From the NCBI GenBank assembly GCA_947259645.1, contig CAMYND010000009.1, positions 7,241 to 71,240 of the forward strand: a stretch of DNA of 64,000 nucleotides, read 5' to 3'. The translations under genes were made by a program, and so were the position numbers. The DNA is from Thermodesulfovibrionia bacterium. GTDB lineage: Bacteria; Nitrospirota; Thermodesulfovibrionia; UBA6902. This document shows positions 50,427 to 58,426 of the stretch, in pieces. Position 1 is the stretch's first letter. The number at the start of each line of letters is the position of its first letter. The notes under the pieces were generated by a model. The model saw only the letters and a program-made list of their open reading frames with translations. It made no database searches and was not told the DNA's origin.

Positions 50427-50768
50427 ATGCGTAGAATCATTACTTGTTTAGTAGTGTTGCTAACCTTTTCTGTAACCGGAGCTTATGCTGGTGCAGGACA
50501 CTCTCATGCCCCAAAGACTAAAATTACTGAGACTCAGGTTCTTTCAAAGGCAACGAGCATCGTTACCGACATTGTACAAAAAGGCAAGTTGGATGCTTCC
50601 TGGGCTGAGATTAAACCAGCTCTAGCTGAAAAGAGAACCTTTAAGAACAGGCCCGAGTGGGTGATTACTTTTAACAATCCCAAGGAAGAGGACAAAGAGA
50701 AGCAGACACTGTATGTATTTCTCAGTTTGTACGGGGATTATCTTGCGGCTAATCATACCGGGAAATAA
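50427..50768 (+). CDS. small periplasmic protein, hypothetical (N-terminal GAGHSHAP His motif)
   Basis: Signal peptide. 113 aa. No recognised family. Confidence 0.35.
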   Translation: MRRIITCLVVLLTFSVTGAYAGAGHSHAPKTKITETQVLSKATSIVTDIVQKGKLDASWAEIKPALAEKRTFKNRPEWVITFNNPKEEDKEKQTLYVFLSLYGDYLAANHTGK

Positions 50769-50782
50769 TACATTTAACCTTC

Positions 50783-50808
50783 AGGCGGGGTCAGTATTGG
50801 CCCTGCCT
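50783..50808 (+). repeat. palindromic stem-loop element, copy A (terminator-like)
   Basis: AGGCGGGG-tcagtattgg-CCCTGCCT followed by a T-rich tract. About 25/29 identical to copy B at 51576-51604. Confidence 0.5.
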
Positions 50809-51006
50809 ATTCTATTCTCATTTTATCTGGTTATCATTAGTATTATAACCACAAAAAATTATTGACTCTTTAGATAAACAAACAACATCATTTTTTTCGA
50901 AAACTGATGATATTTATTCAGTAGGTAGAATATTATTTTTTCTATGATATAATTTTAATCAATTAATCAAAGCAATAATATAACTATTTAACAAGGGAGA
51001 CTATCC

Positions 51007-51165
51007 ATGAAATTATTTAAGAAATTAACCATGATTGCAGTTGTTGTATTATTTGTTGCGGGAATGTACGGATGTCAAAAAGAAGGTCCAGCAGAACGTG
51101 CTGGCAAGAATATAGACAAGGCATTGGAAGGAGCAAAGGATGCAGTTAAAGATGCTACGAAATAA
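51007..51165 (+). CDS. small secreted/lipoprotein-like protein (52 aa), hypothetical
   Basis: AAGGGAGA RBS 6 nt upstream. Signal-like MKLFKKLTMIAVVVLFVAGMYGC. Lys/Ala-rich tail. Below the 60-aa track cut-off. Confidence 0.3.
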   Translation: MKLFKKLTMIAVVVLFVAGMYGCQKEGPAERAGKNIDKALEGAKDAVKDATK

Positions 51166-51214
51166 TATTCTACGGAATATTAATAACTTTTAAATCTACA
51201 ATAAGGAGGGGAAT

Positions 51215-51553
51215 ATGGCGTTAGGCTGGTTTGAAGTTGAAAAGGCACCAAATGGACAATATTATTTTAATTTAAAAGCAGGAAATGCAGAAACGATATT
51301 ATTCAGTGAGCAATATACAACGATGGATGGGTGCAATAATGGGATAGCATCTGTTCAATCTAATAGTGGTGAAGAAGCGAATTACGAACGGAAAGAATCT
51401 AACAAAGGCAAGCCTCATTTTGTTCTAAAGGCTAAGAATCACCAGGTAATCGGCCATAGTGAAAAGTATGAGAGTGCAAGTGGTATGGAAAATGGGATTA
51501 AGTCAGTAATGACTAATGGGTCTACTTCAACCATTAAAGATAAAACTACATAA
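51215..51553 (+). CDS. YegP-like (DUF1508) tandem-repeat protein
   Basis: Two repeats: GWFEVEKAPNGQYYFNLKAGNAETILFSEQYTTMDGCNNGIASV and HFVLKAKNHQVIGHSEKYESASGMENGIKSV. Confidence 0.65.
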   Translation: MALGWFEVEKAPNGQYYFNLKAGNAETILFSEQYTTMDGCNNGIASVQSNSGEEANYERKESNKGKPHFVLKAKNHQVIGHSEKYESASGMENGIKSVMTNGSTSTIKDKTT

Positions 51554-51575
51554 AAGCATCACATGTTTATTCTTC

Positions 51576-51608
51576 GGGCAGGGTCAGGAGTGGCTCTGCC
51601 TTTTTTAT
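51576..51608 (+). terminator. Rho-independent terminator after the yegP-like gene (palindromic element copy B)
   Basis: GGCAGGG-tcaggagtgg-CTCTGCC (7-bp stem with a G.U pair) followed by TTTTTTAT. Confidence 0.6.
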
Positions 51609-51835
51609 AGACTTAAACTGGCAATTTGCAACTTCAGTGTCACTGCTGAGTATACACAATTAGATGGAGCCGTTATTTTTAGATTGAAGCAGGATTATTG
51701 ACTTGAAGATTAAATCAATAATTATATAACAGAATTAAATTGTTGGTATTTTATGCTCTAAAAGTCGTACAATTTTGTGTTATCTTGGGCTTCTAATTTA
51801 ATCAAGAAGGATGGACATCATACCTGGAGGATACA

Positions 51836-52369
51836 ATGGCTACTTTTAAGGATCGTATTATTCGAGCTGCTAAACTGGATGTTCACCTGTACGAGGAAGT
51901 TGAGGCTGACAAGGAGGCAATGAGTCAAGCCATGGGGGTTGTTATTCTCTCCAGTTTAGCAGCCGGGATAGGAAGTATTGCAATAGGAGGCATTGGCGGG
52001 CTTTTAATAGGAACCATCTCAGCTCTTATAGGGTGGTATGTCTGGGCATATCTCACTTACTTTATTGGTACAAAAGTCCTTCCAGAGCCACAGACCAGAG
52101 CAGACCATGCTGAGTTATTACGCACTATCGGGTTTGCAAGCTCTCCTGGCTTGATTCGAGTATTGGGCATCATTCCTGGGCTGGCAGGAGTGGTTTTTAT
52201 AGGTGCCTCTATTTGGATGCTGGTGGCAATGGTGATTGCGGTCAGACAAGCTCTTGATTATAAGAGCACCGTACGCGCTGTAGGAGTTTGTGCGATTGGC
52301 TGGATTATTCAAGCAGTAATCCTCGCGTTAGTGTTTGCTATTTTTGGTGGTCCCGCAAAACCTGTCTAA
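51836..52369 (+). CDS. Yip1-domain membrane protein
   Basis: Soluble N-terminal segment, then five TM helices with Gly-rich packing. Length and topology fit the Yip1/DUF1282 family. Confidence 0.4.
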   Translation: MATFKDRIIRAAKLDVHLYEEVEADKEAMSQAMGVVILSSLAAGIGSIAIGGIGGLLIGTISALIGWYVWAYLTYFIGTKVLPEPQTRADHAELLRTIGFASSPGLIRVLGIIPGLAGVVFIGASIWMLVAMVIAVRQALDYKSTVRAVGVCAIGWIIQAVILALVFAIFGGPAKPV

Positions 52370-52475
52370 TTACAGAATAGGAAAGTTCAAGAGCGGAGAA
52401 AATTGAGGCATGGTCATTGTGAAAGCAATAAGTTCATCGTTGATTCAAAACGTTAAGAAACAGGTGCAAGCATCA

Positions 52476-54932
52476 TTAAGTCCCCTCTACCTTCACCGTA
52501 TTAATAGGATGCTCTCCATTTGAAGACAGGCGTGTGAGCATGTTTATTCTGGCATGGGGAAAGTGAGTTGGTACGAAGACCGTTCCTTCTGGCACATCGT
52601 CGGAGAGGGCAGCCTTGAGAAATACTGAGCCCTGTCGCGATGAGACCTTAACGTGGCTGTTGTCCGCGATGTCATATTTTTTCGCGTCTTCTTCATTGAT
52701 CTCCAAAAGAGCTTCCGACACAACAAGGTCAAGTGATTTTGAACTGGTAGACATGCTCCCGGAGTGCTGGAGAATATCTCTGATCACGAGTTTAAAGGGG
52801 TATTCTTTGTCTGCTTCTTCTCCCGGCCTGAATTCGACAGGATGAAAAGTTCTCTGAACAGAGACAGGATCCGCAGGACTGCCTGCATCCCCGATTTCTT
52901 CCTTAACAGCAGCGAGATCTCTTATCCCGACATCTTTGCCCATGGAGAGGGCAAGATTTTTCAGGATCATCCAGTCAGGCATGGACTGGCCGGTCGCGTC
53001 AGCAAGTTTATATACTGTCTGGTGAGTGCCTTCAGCGTTAATGAAGGTGCCGTCCTTTTCTGCCCAGCTTGAAGCCGGAAGCACAACATTAGCAAGTTTT
53101 GCTGTCTCGGTCATGAAAATATCCTGTACAACGAGAAAATCCAGGGATTTTAATTTAGCCATCACTTTGGAGCTGTCCGGAAAAGTCGTCACAGGATCCT
53201 CCCCCATAATATAGAGGGCTTTTACGGAGTTGTCCTCATAGAGCATCTTTACAATATCTTTGTCAGATGGTTGCATGGGTCTGACGCCCATATTATAAAG
53301 ACCATAGGTATTTGAGTATTCAGCAGGGACCTGGAGTGAATCAGGCTCGTCGCCGAGAAGATTAATGAGGTTTGCAGCAGCAAGTACTGTATCCAGTCCT
53401 TTTGTGTTTTCTGAAGTACTGACTGAAAGGGATATCATTCTGCTCTTTGCATTGCCAATGGACTCTGCTGCGGCTATAATTTCCTCTTCACTGATCCCTG
53501 TTATTTTTGAGACGTTTTCAGGTGTGTAGTTCTTCAGAGTTGACTGAAGTGACGAGAACTCAGGAATGGCTGATGCAGCGCTCTTATCGTATAAGCCTTT
53601 ATCCAGTATTACCTTTGTTAATCCATTAACAAGCGCAAGGCTTGTTCCGTCCTTGATTTCAAGCCAATCAGTGCTGTGCCGGGTGAGTTTTGTTTCCCGG
53701 GAATCAGCTACTATAAGCTTGCTGCCTGCTCTCATTGCCTCGAGGATGTTAATTCCATATACCGGGTGGGTTACGCTTATATCTGATTCAAGAATCAGAA
53801 TGACCTCTTTCCCTGCGGGAGCGTTAAGGCTTATGGGGTGATTCTTCTGGCCGAATGCTTTTTCCCATACTTTTTGCACTCCGCCATATCCAAAGGCCGC
53901 GGATGAGTCAAGGTTGTTTGTGCCGACCACGTTCTTCATGAATTTCTGAAGCACATAATTGTCTTCATTCGTGCAGCGGGGAGAACCGATCGCGCCTATT
54001 GACGAGGCACTGGAATTTTTTGAGATCTTCTCAAGGTTTTTTGCAACGTAGGAGAGGGCATCTTCCCATGATACGCTTTTAAACTCATCGCCTTCCTTAA
54101 TGAGCGGTGTCTTGAGGCGCTTTTCACTATAGATATAATCAATGCCGAATCTGCCGCGTCCGCAGAGGTTTCCGTCATTTACTCCTGTTCCCTGTTTTCC
54201 TCTGGACCTGAGAATTTTTCCCTCCCTCATGCCGAGATGGAGCGTGCAGCCAACGCCGCAGAAGGGACAGATGGTGCTTTTCTCCTCAAGAAACCATGAG
54301 CGTGAGGTAAATTTGTAGGGTTTGCTCAAGATCGCTCCGGTTGGACAAATATCAAGGCATTGCCCGCAGTAGTCACACTCGAGTATTTCGCCAAAAGCAG
54401 GCTGAACAACCGTTGGGAACCCCCTGCCGATCAGTCCCAGGGCACCTCTTCCCTGATGGTCTCTGCAGATTCGTACGCACTTTCCGCAAAGGATGCAGCG
54501 CCGTGACGTAAGTTCAATTAACGGGCCCCGGATGTCTGATTTCGTCTCTTTTCTGGACCGGATAAACCGTGTGTCAGGTTTGCCGTATTCATAGGCGAGG
54601 TCCTGGAGGTCACATTCCCCAGCCTTGTCACATTCAGGACAGTCAAGGGGATGATGGACCAGGAGGAGTTCTATTACTGTCTGGCGCTGTTTCCTTAATT
54701 TTGGTGTGTCTGTCTGAATGACCATTCCGTCAGCAGCAGGGGAAGAGCATGCTGCAAGAAGACGGGCCTGACCCTCTACTTCAACAATGCAGAGCCTGCA
54801 TCCCCCGTAAGGCCTGAGCCTCTTGTCGTAGCACAAATTCGGGATATAAATATCATTTTGCAAAGCAGCTTCCAGAATGGTGCAACCCTGTTCTGCCTGG
54901 ATTTTCTTGTTGTTTATCGTGAGATTCATCAT
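52476..54932 (-). CDS. molybdopterin-oxidoreductase-fold subunit, FdhA/NuoG-like (N-terminal 2Fe-2S, His-ligated 4Fe-4S, 2x 4Fe-4S and MopB cluster); catalytic Sec/Cys apparently absent
   Basis: CYDKRLRPYGGCRLC (2Fe-2S). HHPLDCPECDKAGECD. CILCGKCVRIC and CDYCGQCLDICP. CPFCGVGC (MopB FS0). C-terminal molybdopterin-dinucleotide-binding-like domain. Where FdhF has GTNNVDCCARV-U-HGPS, this protein has GTNNLDSSAAFGYGGV. Confidence 0.6.
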   Translation of the reverse strand: MMNLTINNKKIQAEQGCTILEAALQNDIYIPNLCYDKRLRPYGGCRLCIVEVEGQARLLAACSSPAADGMVIQTDTPKLRKQRQTVIELLLVHHPLDCPECDKAGECDLQDLAYEYGKPDTRFIRSRKETKSDIRGPLIELTSRRCILCGKCVRICRDHQGRGALGLIGRGFPTVVQPAFGEILECDYCGQCLDICPTGAILSKPYKFTSRSWFLEEKSTICPFCGVGCTLHLGMREGKILRSRGKQGTGVNDGNLCGRGRFGIDYIYSEKRLKTPLIKEGDEFKSVSWEDALSYVAKNLEKISKNSSASSIGAIGSPRCTNEDNYVLQKFMKNVVGTNNLDSSAAFGYGGVQKVWEKAFGQKNHPISLNAPAGKEVILILESDISVTHPVYGINILEAMRAGSKLIVADSRETKLTRHSTDWLEIKDGTSLALVNGLTKVILDKGLYDKSAASAIPEFSSLQSTLKNYTPENVSKITGISEEEIIAAAESIGNAKSRMISLSVSTSENTKGLDTVLAAANLINLLGDEPDSLQVPAEYSNTYGLYNMGVRPMQPSDKDIVKMLYEDNSVKALYIMGEDPVTTFPDSSKVMAKLKSLDFLVVQDIFMTETAKLANVVLPASSWAEKDGTFINAEGTHQTVYKLADATGQSMPDWMILKNLALSMGKDVGIRDLAAVKEEIGDAGSPADPVSVQRTFHPVEFRPGEEADKEYPFKLVIRDILQHSGSMSTSSKSLDLVVSEALLEINEEDAKKYDIADNSHVKVSSRQGSVFLKAALSDDVPEGTVFVPTHFPHARINMLTRLSSNGEHPINTVKVEGT

Positions 54933-56782
54933 TATTTGTCACCTCCCTCTTTAACTGCCGAGACAGGTTTTTCTTTCCGGATGGCCGGCTTTACCTCAAT
55001 TGAGGCGAATTTGCAGGTGTCATAGCATGACCTGCACTGTATGCACAGTTCCTGAATGATCCTGTGGGCCTTTTTCTTTTCTCCGACGATGGCTTCCTGC
55101 GGACATGCCCGCAGGCAGGCACCGCATCCCTTGCACAGTTCTTCGGAAATATGAAATGAGCAGAGGTCGCTGCATATTCCTGCTTCACACCAATGATCTT
55201 TAATGTGTGCTTCATATTCATGTTTGAAATATCGTATCGTGGAAAGGACGGGATTCGGGGCTGTCTGGCCGAGTCCGCAAAGAGATGTACTGATAATGTC
55301 CCTGCTCAGGTCTTCAAGCTTTTCAATATCGCCTTCCTGTCCTCTGCCCTCTGTTATGTCGGTGAGCATATCGAGCATTACTCTTGTTCCGACGCGGCAG
55401 GGGGTGCATTTCCCGCATGATTCATCGGCGGTAAACTCAAGAAAAAACTTTGCCGTGCTCACCATGCAAGTGTCTTCGTCCATTACTACCATTCCTCCTG
55501 AACCCATGATAGCACCGGTCTTGACAATGTCTTCGTAGGTTACGGGGATGTCGATATGGTCCTCGGGGATACAGCCTCCTGAGGGGCCGCCCATTTGCAC
55601 GGACTTGAACTTTTTCTTTTTGTTTGTCATCCCGCCACCGATATCATAGATAATCGTTTTCAGAGGGGTTCCCATGGGGACTTCGACGAGCCCGACGTTT
55701 TTTATATCCCCTGTAAGGGCAAATACCTTTGTGCCGGTACTCTTTTCAGTCCCCAGTGACTTGTACCATTCAGCCCCGTTCAGGATGGTTGGGGCTATCT
55801 GTGCCAGGGTCTCAACGTTGTTCAGGACTGATGGCTTGTCCCACAGGCCCTTATGGGCAGGGAAGGGAGGACGTGGTCTTGGCATACCGCGCTTTCCTTC
55901 AATGGAACGCATCAGCGCTGTTTCTTCACCGCATACAAATGCCCCTGCACCCAGGTATATTTCAAGGTCAAAGTTAAATCCGCTTCCCAAAATGTTTTCA
56001 CCAAGAAGACCATTCTCACGACAAAGCTTAATCGCTGTTTCAAGCCTCGCTACTGCCAGCGGATACTCGGCTCTGACGTAGATTACGCCTTTGCTCGCGC
56101 CTATCGCCTTTGCGCCGATTAACATGCCTTCGATTACTGAGTGGGGATCAGATTCCATAACAGACCTGTCCATGAATGCCCCGGGGTCACCTTCGTCACC
56201 GTTGCACAGCATGAACTTCTGGTCAGCTACTGACTTTGAGGCGAACTCCCACTTTAACCCTGTCGGGAAACCTGCTCCTCCCCGTCCCCTGATTCCTGCG
56301 TCTTTAATAGTCTGTATTATATCTTCCGGGGTCATTTCCGTTAAGGCCTTACCAGCAGCCATATACCCGTCTCGTGCGATGTACTCATCCAGGCTGTCAG
56401 GATCAATGAGCCCCTTATTCCTCAGGACCCTCAATACCTGGTGCTTGAAGAACGGGATATCATTCATTAATGGAATGGCTGCCCTCTTCTCAGGGTCCTT
56501 GAACATCAGTTTTTCATAGGGCCGGCCTTTCAGGAAGTGCTCTTCAACAAGTTTCGGGACTTCCGCGACAGTCAATTTCTGATAAAAGATCTCTTCAGGG
56601 TACACCAGCATTACAGGCCCTTCAGCACAGAATCCGTTGCATCCGGTCAGCACGATCTTTACCTCGTCGGCAAGGCCCTGCTTTTCCAGCTCTTCCTGAA
56701 GGGCATCTTTAACCTTGGGGGTCCCGCTTGCAACGCATCCGGTCCCGGCACACATGAGTAAATTGGCACGATATTTTTCCAT
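54932..56782 (-). CDS. NuoF/HndC-like NAD(P)H-binding flavoprotein subunit with N-terminal thioredoxin-like 2Fe-2S domain and C-terminal 2x[4Fe-4S] ferredoxin domain
   Basis: GRGGAGFPTGLKWEF (FMN/NADH site). ESCGKCTPCRVGT (N3 cluster). CKGCGACLRACP and CIQCRSCYDTC ferredoxin motifs. N-terminal CAGTGC...C. Confidence 0.8.
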   Translation of the reverse strand: MEKYRANLLMCAGTGCVASGTPKVKDALQEELEKQGLADEVKIVLTGCNGFCAEGPVMLVYPEEIFYQKLTVAEVPKLVEEHFLKGRPYEKLMFKDPEKRAAIPLMNDIPFFKHQVLRVLRNKGLIDPDSLDEYIARDGYMAAGKALTEMTPEDIIQTIKDAGIRGRGGAGFPTGLKWEFASKSVADQKFMLCNGDEGDPGAFMDRSVMESDPHSVIEGMLIGAKAIGASKGVIYVRAEYPLAVARLETAIKLCRENGLLGENILGSGFNFDLEIYLGAGAFVCGEETALMRSIEGKRGMPRPRPPFPAHKGLWDKPSVLNNVETLAQIAPTILNGAEWYKSLGTEKSTGTKVFALTGDIKNVGLVEVPMGTPLKTIIYDIGGGMTNKKKKFKSVQMGGPSGGCIPEDHIDIPVTYEDIVKTGAIMGSGGMVVMDEDTCMVSTAKFFLEFTADESCGKCTPCRVGTRVMLDMLTDITEGRGQEGDIEKLEDLSRDIISTSLCGLGQTAPNPVLSTIRYFKHEYEAHIKDHWCEAGICSDLCSFHISEELCKGCGACLRACPQEAIVGEKKKAHRIIQELCIQCRSCYDTCKFASIEVKPAIRKEKPVSAVKEGGDK

Positions 56783-56913
56783 ATCTTTTCCCTCTATCTA
56801 TAAAGTAGTATTCTGATCCTCTGTTTTCTGAAAAATATCAATCTCCTGAATGTAATCAGGATAATAAACGTTGTGTATTGTTTTTGTCTTTACGCTGACA
56901 GCTGAAAGCTGAA

Positions 56914-57297
56914 TTAATACGTTGTCTCACTCCCCATCACGAGGGCATATTTCTCTACAGGTGTGCCGCCGAGGACATGATCCTTAAAGATCTCCTTCAG
57001 TTTATCAACGGTAACATCGCCATATTTTACCGGTGTGTTATCAGCTATTTCCACGGTCATCATCGGTTCACGGGCACAGAGTCCGGCGCAGCCTGAGGTG
57101 GTGGTAATAACATCATTAACTTTAGATTCTGTGATTTCATCTATCAGGGCTGTCATGATATCCCGCGCTCCCGCTGCTATTCCGCAGGTTCCCATATGAA
57201 CGGTAACTTTTGCCCTGTATCCGCCTTCTCTCAGGTTGAATGTTGCCTGCTGTTTTTCTTTTATTTTCTTTAAATCAGCGATCGTTAACTTTGCCAT
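56914..57297 (-). CDS. HndB-like small thioredoxin-fold [2Fe-2S] ferredoxin
   Basis: 127 aa. HMGTCGIAAGA...SGCAGLCAREP Cys pattern matches the NuoE/HndB-type 2Fe-2S fold. Confidence 0.55.
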   Translation of the reverse strand: MAKLTIADLKKIKEKQQATFNLREGGYRAKVTVHMGTCGIAAGARDIMTALIDEITESKVNDVITTTSGCAGLCAREPMMTVEIADNTPVKYGDVTVDKLKEIFKDHVLGGTPVEKYALVMGSETTY

Positions 57298-57381
57298 TTG
57301 AGTCCTCCTGTTATTGCTGTGCCCGTTGTTTCAGTTACTAAAACGTGCATGAATCAGTAACACAGATTGCCGAACCTTTTA

Positions 57382-58254
57382 TCATGCGTATTCTTCCAGA
57401 ACACCCTGAACCTTTTTTGGTGTCATTGCACCGTATGTTTCTTCATCCACGACAATAACAGGCGCAAGACCGCATGCCCCGAGGCACCGTACTGTTTCGA
57501 TAGAGAATTTTTTGTCTTCCGTAACCTCTCCAACATCTATTTTGAGCGTTGATTTGAATTTTTCCAGTACTTCCTCTACTCTCTTTACGTAGCACGCTGT
57601 GCCGAGACATACCCTGACATTATGGTCCCCTCTGGGTTTCATGGTGAAATAGGAATAAAATGTCACGATACTGTGAATTTCTGCCGGAGACATATTGAGC
57701 CCCTTCGCGACCCGTTTCTGCACAACAGGGGGCAAATATCCGACGATTGCCTGACAGCGCTGGAGAACAGGGATTGAACTTCCCGGCTTGTTCCTGTACT
57801 CCTTTATGACCCGGTCAATCTCCTGTCTCATGGACGGGGGAAATTCTTCCTCTTTTTTCTCTTCTTCAACAGCAGCCTTGCCCTTTATCCACTGCACTGA
57901 CCGTTCTGTTACGTCCAGAAGCACTGCCGGGGTAAAGGGTTTCGGCACATAATCGATTATTCCGGCTTCAAGGGCATCTTTAATCGTATCCTGTGACGGG
58001 TACCCCGTGATGACAACGATACCGGTGTCAGGCCTGTTCTGCCTGATCCACTTAATAAGGGTGATACCATCTACTTCAGGCATCTTAAGGTCAGTGAATA
58101 CGAGGTCATAGGGGGTCTGCTCCATCTTCAGTATCGCCTCTTTGCCTCCCAGAACTCCTTCGATATTGTACCCTTCGGACCTGAGTACCGATTCGCAGCT
58201 TCTGATAATGACGGGCTCATCGTCAACAACCAGAATTTTAATATCATCTGCCAT
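57382..58254 (-). CDS. response-regulator receiver domain fused to NuoE/HndA-like [2Fe-2S] subunit
   Basis: N-terminal CheY-like domain (ILVVDDEPVII...DLVFTDLKMPEVDG...KPF). C-terminal NuoE signature (IPVLQRCQAIVGYLPP...VCLGTACYVKRVEEV...VRCLGACGLAPV). Confidence 0.75.
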   Translation of the reverse strand: MADDIKILVVDDEPVIIRSCESVLRSEGYNIEGVLGGKEAILKMEQTPYDLVFTDLKMPEVDGITLIKWIRQNRPDTGIVVITGYPSQDTIKDALEAGIIDYVPKPFTPAVLLDVTERSVQWIKGKAAVEEEKKEEEFPPSMRQEIDRVIKEYRNKPGSSIPVLQRCQAIVGYLPPVVQKRVAKGLNMSPAEIHSIVTFYSYFTMKPRGDHNVRVCLGTACYVKRVEEVLEKFKSTLKIDVGEVTEDKKFSIETVRCLGACGLAPVIVVDEETYGAMTPKKVQGVLEEYA

Positions 58255-58426
58255 AAGAAGCCTCCATTGCGCTGTTTATAGGTGGACGTTTAAATGAAAA
58301 GGCAGGCTTTACACGTATTGAGAAACACCCGGGACAATTATGTGCATGGACCTGTTTATTCATATTTGCTGTTCAGTGTACCTGTTACCAATTTCTGTCT
58401 TATCCTTCGATCTGAGAGACAAAACC

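Noticed and set aside
52476-54932. Mo-subunit as a bona fide selenocysteine formate dehydrogenase
   Set aside because: The ORF is uninterrupted (no in-frame TGA). By eye alignment the FdhF Sec/Cys position is occupied by Gly/Tyr, so neither a Sec nor a Cys-type FDH call is supported.
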